Source of the DNA: Entomortierella parvispora E1425
Lineage: Eukaryota; Fungi; Mortierellomycota
Reading direction: 5' to 3'
Assembly: GCA_020891255.1 (NCBI GenBank)
Contig: BQFW01000007.1
Location: forward strand, 1,798,001 to 1,862,000
Length of the DNA stretch: 64,000 nt
In this document: one piece after another, positions 12,339 to 22,958 of the stretch
How the letters are laid out: every line of letters starts with the position of its first letter
How positions within the stretch are numbered: the stretch's first letter is position 1
Program-made: the position numbers and the translations under genes
Notes under the pieces: model-generated
What the model saw: only the letters and a program-made list of their open reading frames with translations
Databases searched by the model: none
What the model was told of the DNA's origin: nothing

Positions 12339-13025
12339 TCTAGTGAAGTGGGTCTCAGAAGGACGAGGACTGAAGTCAAAAAAGAGGGAAGGGAGGGAGG
12401 AAGAAAAAAAGACCTTTTGTTGTCGATGATGCTCAGTCTGATCGTGTGTGCAGAGTGCATCAAGGCGCGAGGCCATTGAAAACACGGTGGCTGATGAGTC
12501 GTTGTTCTCCCCCTGTTTTTTTCTCCCCCCTGTGGACCCGAGCAACTGACTGCATTCACGATCCCCCAACCAACTCGCGATTGTTTACATTCATCCTGTG
12601 ATCTTCGGCTCAACCAGCCTATTTGAGCCGTGAAAAGGAATCTACTGGGGATCAAGAAGGTTCCAAGTTCTCTCTTTCTCCACATCCCTGCCCCCGGCTC
12701 TCCACATCCCTGCCCCTGGCTCTCCACATGTCTGTGTCACATCCAGTCGATAGTCCCCATCCCCAAGTTCACGGAAAGGACGCGGGGCAACCCTTTCGTA
12801 CCCTTGTCTATTTTTTTATGTCTCCCCCAATCCATTTTTTGTTTTCGGAGCAAGTCTTGGCCCGATCTCACTCGGACCTCTTCAGCATGTGTCAGAGACA
12901 CTCCCCTTTGCCGTGGGTAACTTTTTGTTGTGCCGGACAGCTTTTCCTGCCTGGCAATGTAATCATGTGGTCAAGAGCGCGTCAAGTTCATTTCATGCAC
13001 AGTATCAATATGCTTTTTTTCTAGT

Positions 13026-15012
13026 CTAGTAACTTTGAACAGATGCACCGGACGGGCGCCAATACGTGTCTAATTCAGATAGGGGTGTGCCATGATCATG
13101 GTGTCCCTCCGTTTCAGAGCCATCCATAGCAACAACCACCCACTCGGTTTCTCTTTTTCTTCTCGAAGAGTAGGATCCTAGACCATTCTTTCGTTGCAGC
13201 GGCTGTTTTGTCTCTTCACGGGCCTGATCAGCAAAGTCGACAATAGACCGAAGGGCACGATCGGCCATGGGCAAGAACTCAAAGAATTGATGGACATGCA
13301 CCATATCCTCATAGAGTTCAAGCCGGACTCGTTGGTTAGTGTTGGCTTCGCCAAGCTTGTAGGCGTACAGTCGAGTATCATCAGCCAGACGATCGAACGT
13401 TCCAGTTTGCTATTAGAATCGAAAAACAATAAAGATTTTTAGCATGTAGTAGCCCATTCGTTGTCTTCAGACGTAGGAAGGAGACTTACGAGCAAGGTAC
13501 TGGACTCCAATCCCGAGAGATTAGCAGTGTAGACGGGAGACACAAGGGGGTGCTGGGCCAAGTGTCGATACCACTCCCATTCCAGATGTTTTCCCCCTTC
13601 TACACGTTCATTGGGGGCCAGACTTGAGTCCCCACAGAGATAGGTTCTCGCAAAGTTGAACTTTGGGAAGGCGTAAAACGTGGCCTCGTCCAGGAATGGA
13701 TTCACACCCATAGGTGAAGGTGTATAACAGTACGAATGCAAGCCTGTTGCAGAAGGCATCGATGTGGAAATGTCTGTCCAGGCCTAGGATTTCGATCGAG
13801 AGAGAAGAGAGAAGGTGGTTGGTCATGGATCCGTTTAGCTCCCTTTTTTTTTCAGATTGAAGATGGCAACCACCAGACGACGCGTCTCCTGCTTATTTTT
13901 TCTGTACTCACTGAAATCAAGATTGTAACAGGTGGTAAAAGCAGCTTTTGTTCGACTGAGGGTTGAACATAGTCCCGCAAATACAATTGAAGTGCAATTG
14001 CTAGTCCAGCTCCAGCAGAGTCTCCTGCCAAGACTATATTCTTGGGGTCAATGACCTCTGATGGGTGACCGTCATGGGATCCAAGTCGCAGAGCTCCGTG
14101 GCTTGGCGCTGTCAAGTACAGGTAGGAGGCATAGCAATCGTGTATCGATGCAGGAAACGGGGACTCAGGAGACAATCGGTAATCGGGCACGAAGGCTCTT
14201 GCTCCTGGTCCAAATTCAAGAGTTAACCTTGTGACCATTTGACGATGAAATGCAGACGAGCAAAAGACGTGGCCACCACCATGAAAGTAGAGCAGTACGG
14301 TATTGCTCTTCTTCTTTTGACCCGAAGACTGATCTTTTGGATCATCCAGTGCTTCAATCCATTCGCCCTTGAGGGTGTAAGTTCCATCACTTTCAAGATT
14401 GCCAGACTCCTCGGGGAGATTGGCAAGTCTGTTGCCACTGGGCAAGAACGAGGAGAGGTATTCGGGCGATGGCTTCAAAGGGTTAGATCCCATGTCTTTG
14501 ATTCCCAGTTTAGATCTCGTCTCTTGAAGTGACCTTCGTTCAGGCTGTAAGAGCGTTTCAAGATGGACCTGAAAGTGAACATTGGCTTTTACAGAGTAAT
14601 TGGAAAGATGAATCATCCGTATAGGGACGAACCAGCTGATGATGGAACTGACAGCTCGCAACTGGGCAGCGTTTCTGGGTGAACTGGAGGAAGCCCGACT
14701 GAGGGCCATGCAAAAGGTGTATATTGGTCCCCACGAGACTGGGTGATTCTTCGAATTGACCTTGAACCCGGTCCAGATCAGCAACGGGATCTCAACAAAG
14801 AGAAGACTGGCGACTGTTCCAACGATGGAGATCAAGGCATCGATCATGAACATGAGATCTGCAGGACGGTGAAGCGCACCTGTGAGATAGAATCGATTAG
14901 CAAAAGATGGCTGCCGTGGGATTCGCTGTGGAACCTTGGGGGGCGTCGGGATAGAGGTGCCCTGCGCTGTTGCACGAGCTAGGCTCTTCCGATCCGTGAG
15001 CTGCGGTGGCAT
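13026..15012 (-). CDS. GDXG/HSL-family alpha/beta hydrolase, copy 2 (tandem paralog)
   Basis: YFHGGGHVF, PDYRLSPE.PFPASIHD, GDSAGAGL, FDRLADDT and MVHVHQ. Shares the unusual WEWY..L.QHPLVSP segment and exon layout with copy 1. Confidence 0.88.
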
Positions 15013-15835
15013 CAAGCGAGATGATAGAAAAGGCCAAGTTCTTGTTGCTTTGGGCGGGTCCAAGAGAAAAAAAAAAAAAAAGGAGACAAGGGACGATGCT
15101 TTGGTTTCAATCGCTTGAGGAGGGAGAAGAGGAGGATGTGGAAATGTCCTGCGGATCCTTCAACATCTCTGTGTCCATATTTAAGGGTCAAACATCGCAT
15201 GTGAAAGAATGTTGGGATGGACCCCAGAACGTTGAGGCGAACGAGCTCTTGGCTTCGGCAATATGAACTGTTGCTGTGCTGAGAAGAAAATCCACTGTCT
15301 ACTCATGTCGTCGAATCGTTGCTCCAGAACATTGACGATGACAATACGCTACCGATTCTTTATCTTGGCAAACAGCAAGGATCGGGGGATCGACGTGCTC
15401 TACAGGCCCTTGTTTTTAATTCGCCTATTTGCGCTTTGTCATGTCCATTGCTACAGCAGTATGTGGGGAGCACCGGAGTACTACTGTTCCTTATCATCAC
15501 TTCACAACCAATCGCATGTGCCTATGATGACAGCTGTTTCTACTTGTGTTCATACGTGCATCATAGACGTTTACCGCTGGCTGGGGTCTCTTGACATCTT
15601 CAAAAAGGCGTGCCCGGGCGCCAAGCATAGGATTAAACCCTTAATCAATTGATCACGTGTTCCAAGATCATTGCTTCGCCCATCCTTGCAGGAGCAGCTG
15701 CAGTAGGAGTGATGTTGAGCGGTTGAGATGCAGCTGAAGGGCGAGTTTTCTCTTTGATAATACAATGAAGAGTTGGTCACATCAACTGACACCACATTCT
15801 TAATCAATCGTCTCAGTTATCTGAAAACACTTTGG

Positions 15836-15926
15836 GGACGCGTCATACTTGGGGTTGAAGCAGGTACAGATGCCGTAACTAATGTTGGCAGAGCCTTGAG
15901 CAGAGACAACGCCAATGTATGGTAGG
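15836..15926 (-). pseudogene. Truncated relic paralog of the small Cys-rich secreted protein at 16948
   Basis: Minus strand reads IGVVSAQGSANISYGICTCFNPKYDAS. The DNA ggcatctgtacctgcttcaaccccaagtatgacgcgtcc differs from the intact gene at 2 synonymous positions. The ATG, most of the signal peptide and the 3' half are missing. Confidence 0.8.
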
Positions 15927-16947
15927 AAGGGTTTTGTCGTTAATGTTGGTGTTGGTGATGGAGCTGGTGCTGTTGAAGAATTACAAGGGCTATATACCTT
16001 CCTTTTTATTTTTATTATTGTTAATGATCAAGTCTGTCAGGCCACCCCTCGAGACATTGTCCAAAGACATGGGCGCATTGGCAGCACGAGTGCTTCATCC
16101 TCGAATGGCTCGAAATAGACACCTAGCCCCTCTGGCACCGGGAGTGATCACTTTTTACATGGCTGTCTGACTCTATGAAAGGAAAGAGTAAACACGTCGG
16201 TCACCTGTTGTCATCTTTCTTGTGTGAAGGGTCGGTGGACCGAGACTTGCCAGGAGAGACTCGAAGGGTTTACCTCGGTCTGTGGTTTTTTCTGACCGAT
16301 TGTCCTACTCCCAGAGTGACCCTTGACTCCACACCATTCCATAAACTTGCGTGTGGGCTAGGTTTTGGCTACTTTCACTGGTCCTTTATTTAGAATATCT
16401 CACTGAACGCCAGCCAAGAGCCAAGATGCAACAGACCCCTCAGCCAAACCGCCACGAAGCTGCGCTGTCTTCAATGCAAAGCACCCGGGGTCAATCTGCT
16501 GTATCTTTCTGCGTCTCCCGGTAAAAATGGGCTTGTTGTGTTTTGTGCTCCAGATCAGAGATCAAAAATAGACTGGTTGTGATCATGTAAACAGACACGT
16601 TCATTTTTCGCAGGGAAACATGGATAGTCAAGCGTGACCGAATATGGGGAAAAAGGGCGTAAGCAATGGGGTCAGAACCTCCATCGAGAAACTTCAAGGT
16701 TTACCTGGCGCGAACCTCACTCTCAAAGAAGTGCTGCCGCAAGAGTGGGCGCAGACATTGGATGGATATGGCCTCTTGAAGAATCACGCTAACGTCCCCT
16801 CACTTGGATGAGGACTTCATGACAGCAAAAAGGTGGTGGCAAATAGTTGGAAACGAATAAATAGCCCTCTGCGGGTCTCCAACATCCTCACCAAAACATT
16901 CAAAGCACTTCTCCCCAGTCAACCTCCTCCACCTTAAAGGCTCCTAC

Positions 16948-17253
16948 ATGCATCTCTCCCTTGCTTCCATCGCCTTGATCGTTGTCTCGGCCATCGGTGT
17001 CGTCTCTGCAGCAGACGAGGTCTCGTTTGGCATCTGCACCTGCTTCAACCCCAAATATGACGCGTCCTGCTGTATCCTTGCTCAAGGCTATCAGATGAAC
17101 GATGGCAACGTGTGTGATACTCTTGACTTTGGACCCTCAGTTCAAAAGTACAAGGACTGCTGCGCTCGCTCCGGTGGTCGTGTCAAGTGCAAGATTGGGA
17201 ATCGCGAGCCCAGCCACTGGCCCCCAGAGGATTCGTACGGCTGCAAGGCCTAA
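16948..17253 (+). CDS. Small secreted cysteine-rich protein (101 aa, 9 Cys)
   Basis: Signal peptide MHLSLASIALIVVSAIGVVSA. Cys pattern C-x-C-x8-CC-x13-C-x14-CC-x8-C-x17-C. Single exon. Confidence 0.85.
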   Translation: MHLSLASIALIVVSAIGVVSAADEVSFGICTCFNPKYDASCCILAQGYQMNDGNVCDTLDFGPSVQKYKDCCARSGGRVKCKIGNREPSHWPPEDSYGCKA

Positions 17254-18750
17254 ATGGATGTGATGGAGACCATGACAGAAACCACAATATTCAAACCACA
17301 ATAAAGGCACATTGAGTTTCCTTTACTACTTTCCCGGCAGAGATTTCATCAGCCACCCAATTGAGCCCTCGGATGAGCTCCTCCAGATTTTAGTCCGTCC
17401 CATGATCATGTTTCTGTCGCAAATGGATGGACGCGATCTATCGACAAAATCCTCTACAGGTTGCACCACTTCGCATGCTGCACAAATGCATCTCTTTGTT
17501 CCTAAATGCAACGGCGGGTAAAAAGCAGTCTAAGAGCGACTAGCTCCCTTACCGTATGAAATTCCCAGTACGAAGACATGATTTTTCGGCTTCATTCCAT
17601 AAAAAAAATCCATCGGGCTTCAGACAGTCTCCAAGCGACTCGCATAGGGTCAGATCGCGTTGGCCGTTGCCTCGCTTACTGCCCACCGAATGTCATGCTG
17701 CGACTGTCGTGTGCTGGTGGGCCCGTTGTGCGTGCTCCTCCCTCTTTTCCCTATATGTAGCTCAGACATGTAGGAGCTACGGCAAAACACTCCCTCATGT
17801 CTGTTTATACAGGACTCTTGCCCTCTGTGCACTTCAGAGTTGTGCCAGGAGTCGCCATCTGAATAAATCACTCTTCCCAGGACCTTGCCTTTCGAAACCT
17901 TTGCAGGTATGACGATGTTGCGTCAGTTGATCCATTGAGCAAGCAGACACCTTTGCGCTTTTCTGAGTCACACTGGCCAGTCCATGCACTGCAAATAGGA
18001 TAGGGAAGCGGAAAAAAGAAAGAAAAAAAAAAAAAGAGCGCAAGATGCGCCAGCTCGGGAAAATGTGTGCAGATATAGAGATCATTGAAATGACCGATTC
18101 GGAACGACCTGAAATGGGCATGCTTTCCCACCACGCACCGAAAATGGGGGCACAAGCTGCTTTTGTTTTCGCATCTGTCCGTAGGTCGATAAACTCAATT
18201 GGAGGCAAGGGGCCATCCGGGTAAGGTGGTCTCCGCCACGTTCGAGGCCACGTTCAATTAGCCAGAGACAGTGAGAGAAAGAGAGAGAGAAAAGAATGAA
18301 GAGAGCAGTTTGACTCAGCGGATCGACCGCCCACGCGCTCTGTCCACCTGGACACACGGCTCATTCTCGTCCTCCACTCGGTCCAGCCCCTGTGGTCCAC
18401 TGCGTGTGTTTGTGTGTTTGTCCTTGTCTCCACAACTTCACCCATCTCTAACTTTTTGCATTAGTTGTGTCATCATCCGCTTTTTCCTTCATTACTTCAT
18501 TTCTTCATTTTCATTCTTTCATCATCCTCTCTTTCTCTCTTTCTCTCTTTATCCTTTTCTTTGCTCCATGTGCACCCATTAAATTCTCCGCTCTTCCTGT
18601 TTGCCGATTTGCCCGTCGGTTTTCCATATCACTTCCCTTTGCTTTCGTTTGCTTTTTTTTCCCTCCCTCCCCTCTCCGTCTTTCCTCTGTTCATTCTGCT
18701 TCATCCCTCTACCTTTGTAGTTTGTTTTTGTCTTGATTAATACCCACGCC

Positions 18751-21700
18751 ATGCAGTCCACAGAAACTCCCTCTTGTGGAGACATCAACAGAAACAACTG
18801 CGACTCTGCCAAAGGCACTGCTAACTATGACGCTGCCAGGGATGAGATCAAGGAGCGTCAACGTGTTACTAAAGGTTAGAACATGCCCCCAAAGAGCGCA
18901 AAGTGGAACTGATCCGAAGCAACGATCCTAACCCTTCTTTTTGTCGATTGCAACCCCCCTTCTCGCCCCTCCCGAACCACGCAGCGTGCGACAACTGCCG
19001 CAAGTATGATGACAAAAGATCTTTGACTGTTGCACGAAAAAGTCCTATGCGTCCGAGCCTATTTGGCTTTTTCGTGAATGCCCTCCCAGAATGAAGAACT
19101 GACTGTGTGATTATCTTTCCCCTCTTTGCTTTCGCCCCTTTGCCATAGGAAGAAGATAAAGTGTGGTAAGTACGGGTCAATTGCTCTCGTGTCCTCGGAT
19201 CCGGCCCATCGGTCTTCAACTGCGCCATTCAGGGAAAAATGATGAACCCAAAATTTTGTTTAACCACAGTCCTGTGTTGCGTTTATTTTTCACATTGTGC
19301 AGATGCTGATGGTGATGCGTGCTCAAGCTGCAAAATGCTCCAAGTCCCTTGTAAGTTCAAGTCTTCCACACGGAATCATCTGGGACATAATCACACTCTA
19401 AACTAACACCTGGTTTCGGTAAATGGGTAAACAGGTCTTTTCCTCGACCCAACCAAAAAAAGAGGGCCTCCAAAAGGATCAGCGCGTAGGTTCGATTGTT
19501 CGATCGCTTTGTGAGAGCAAGTTGTTTCAAAGATCGTTCCTAACCATGAATTCACATAGGAAACATCACTGCACTTGAGGATCGATTACACCGTATGGAG
19601 GCGCTACTTGGCGGCTTAGTCCGTGAAGCCGAACCCCCGTTAATGTGGGATTCACCTCCGGTCAAGAGTTTGGCTCATGGTTCCAGGGATCCAAGCGAGA
19701 CCGATCCTCAGTACCCTTACGACGTGCAGCAGCAACATTGGCAACAGCAGCTTCATACAAAGGAGGAGTCGGGTCAAACATCACAAACCTCACAAACACA
19801 AAGTCAAACTTTGCGTAATCCGGAAGAACACGTCTGTAACAGGAACCAACATACGCAACAGCAGCAACATCAAGAGCTAGAGAGGGTACCACATCAACAA
19901 TCCCGAGCTCAGAACCAAAGTCTACAACAGCTTCTCCAGCAACAACAACTACGCCAACCTTTCTCGACCGAGTCTAGTCAAAGTCCGGACACTCTACGCT
20001 CTTTTGACTCCTCGAATGAAAGCGCTATGATATCTGAACCAACGTGGCAAAACAACCCCTATCAAGCAATGAGTTCCCCATCTCCAGTAATGGAGCACTC
20101 TGGAGTTGACCCTTCACCGACATCCCTCAATCTCCCGCGTCTTGGCGCCACTACTCCACCAACTCAAGATCTAGATGGCTTAGAGGAGGATGTTGGACAT
20201 CTCTCTCTCGATCGTACTGGTCACGAAAGATACGTAGGCAAGTCGTCACCCCTCTTCTACAGCCAAGGATACTATGGGACAAGTGTTCTAGTACGCGAGC
20301 CGGAGGCTCAAAAATTTCTCAGGAATCCGGATTTACCTTCGCCAGAAACCATAACCCACCTCCTCAACCTCCATTTCACCTTTGTACATCCGTTCGCCCC
20401 GGTCTTGGTCTGGTCAAAGTTTCTGAGAAGACTGAGGAGTAAAGAGTACACGCCTTCATTCTTGTTTCTCCTCAATTGTATCTTTGCTCTCTCAGCAAGA
20501 TACTCTGAGGACATCTCATTCAGAACCGACCCCAATCTACCGGAAACAGTCGGCGTAGTCTTCGCAGAGAAAGCCAAACGGATTCTCGACACTCTTTATG
20601 TTTCCCCTGACCTGGACTGCATCGCCGGACTTGTGCTACTTGCATTCCAACAGATGGGCACTGGAGGAGGATATCGGGCATGGATGTACGTCGGTATTGC
20701 TGTGAGGATGGCCCAACATTTGGGGCTAAATAGAAATTGCAGAGTGCTGAAGAAAAACATGTCAGTCTTGGATCGGGAAGAACGCGACAGAATATGGTGG
20801 TCTTGTTACCTGAGCGATCGTTTTCTTTCCGCCTCTTTTGGACGACCACAGGTATGATTATCTCCGCAATTTAGCCGTCCATTTTTTTCGCTTATCACCC
20901 TTCATTCTAACTCGTCTTCGTATTGTGCTGCGAATTGGATGCATCATAGGCAATCAACGAACATGATGTGGATGCGACGTACCCTGAGGGTATTGACGAG
21001 GAAAACACACCGCTGGAAATTTTACTGGAGGGCGCCGTGACGAAACTGACAGGTCCTCAAACTCATTCTGAAAGAAACTTTGTTTATTTGGCATCTTTGA
21101 TGAGGATTCAGGGTCGAGTCATGGTCAGTCTCTATAGTCCACTCTCGAAAGCATCCTCAACCTCAACTACATCAATGACCAATCCCGCACCACTGGAGCA
21201 GCTGGATAAAGAGTTGACAGATTGGCTATTGACTTTACCCGAACACCTTCAGTTCCGTTCGGTGCAACAAGAGTCTGGCACCTTTGTGTGCATGCTGCAC
21301 CTGACGTTCTATTCGATCCTGATCCTACTTCATCGTCCATACAGTCACCAGGCGAATCTAGACCTGCAGGGTCACACCTCCATGTCTTTCAATATTTGCA
21401 CTTCGGCGGCAAACAACGCAATTGAGATTGCCAGCAATATGCTGAGGAGTGCAAACCATCGGGGCGTTACCCGTATCAAAGGTTTACTTCATAACTCAGT
21501 TTTCATCCTTTTCACAGCCGGGATCGTCCATATTACAAACTGCACAAGCTCAGATCCTACGCTAGCAGCGTCCGCCAGGCTCAGGACAATAGAAACCATG
21601 CGTTGCATGGACGCACTAGAAGAGATCTGGCTCACTGCACGTTATACAGGGGAGAATCTGCGAAGCCTCCTGAGGATGCGCAACATTGACCTCTTTAGGC

Positions 21701-22671
21701 CATTTGATGGTATGCTCTACTTTTTTTTTTTTTTTTTTTTTTTATCATACACATCTTTAATCGTTCCAACTTTCTATGAAACTCCCTTAGACTTTAAGAA
21801 ACAGGAAGCAGACAAATCCAAGGATGTCGAGGAGACCAAAGAGGCGAAGACTGCTCAGCCCTCCTCAGTGGCCTCCGCTTCAAAAGATCAGTTTGAGTTC
21901 GATGTCAACCAAATCATGGGATATTATCAAGGTAGTGGTTATCACGAGGAGTCTTCAGGACGCAATTCTCGACATTTCACGCCCACACCCTACTATAGTT
22001 CCTCGGCCCCCCGTCACCATGGACCCCTTGGCACTCATCCAGGACTCAGTCATGGTCATTCCCAACAACTTCGTCGACCGCGCCAGACCAAGATCACTTC
22101 ACCACCTACTACCACCACAGGGCCGCCCCAGCCATTCAGCTCTGGCTATTCGTTCAGCACTCCTTCCATTACCATACCGGCCAACGTAAACTTCCTCCCA
22201 ACCCTTGGGTCCGCGGGTTTAGTCCCAGGATCGAGTGCAAACACTCCCGATCAATTTATCAACACAATGTCTCCGAGTTCAATCTCAACGCCGTCACCTA
22301 CCGCAGCAGAAGCAGTCAACTCTCTCCAGCATCATTCTGGGATTGCACCCTCCAATCCCTTAAGCAATCCATTCGCCTCATCACTGTGGGGTATCCCTAC
22401 TTCAGTTGATAATGATGAGTGGATGCTCTATATGCAGAGCGGTGGGGGGATGGATACGGCCGGTGCTTTAGGAGTCGATGTCAATCAGACCCAAGCCCAG
22501 ACTCTGACGACGTTAGATCAGAGCAGCGACATATACAGCTCTCTGGTGGATATGGACTCATCAGTACCAACAATGAATAATAGTGGCGCACAGGTAAATC
22601 CCTACTCTGCGAGAAACAGAGGCGGAGCACATCCTTTGGCTCAAAGCCTGACCAGGAACGAGATTTATTGA
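18751..22671 (+). CDS. Zn(II)2Cys6 fungal transcription factor with fungal-specific TF (MHR) domain
   Basis: Spliced cluster RVTK|ACDNCRK|KKIKC|DADGDACSSCKMLQVP|CLFLDPTKKRGPPKG. Exons: 18751-18874, 18985-19003, 19149-19165, 19303-19350, 19435-19485, then 19560 onward. MHR motifs: AVRMAQHLGLNR, ERDRIWWSCYLSDR..S..FGRP. Confidence 0.92.
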
Positions 22672-22958
22672 CGGGAAAAAAGTAAAAAGTGTTAATAATA
22701 AACCTCGAATATTTTAATAATCTCACAAATTAACACGTTTTTTGCTTTGCATGATGTCTGTCTTGATCTTCTTCCACCTACACCTATTCCATTCCATCCA
22801 TTCGCAACCTTCATCCTGCCTCCCTTCCTCGGCGAGCATTGCTAAGAGAGTAGGCTGACCGAATGTCTATTTGCTAGATCCAATCTTACTCATTTGGTGG
22901 TCATGGTACTAATTCATCCCATGTCCTTCTCCTTTTCGCCTCCCCAAAAAGGTTGCAA

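Noticed and set aside
12677-12729. 22-bp tandem repeat (TCTCCACATCCCTGCCCC/TGGC x2.4) between the esterase genes as a CRISPR-like or regulatory array
   Set aside because: There are no spacers and only about 2 copies. It is an ordinary slippage duplication.
15200-15600. Short ORFs (e.g. MLQNIDDDNTLPILYLGKQQGSG) as a gene fragment
   Set aside because: No recognisable motif and no supporting splice structure.
16666-16779. Short ORF containing KKCCRKSGR resembling KDCCARSGG of the secreted Cys-rich protein
   Set aside because: There is no DNA-level similarity or other conserved Cys, so it is probably chance.
16948-17253. Hydrophobin
   Set aside because: The Cys spacing (CxC start, 9 Cys) does not fit the 8-Cys C-CC-C-C-CC-C hydrophobin pattern.
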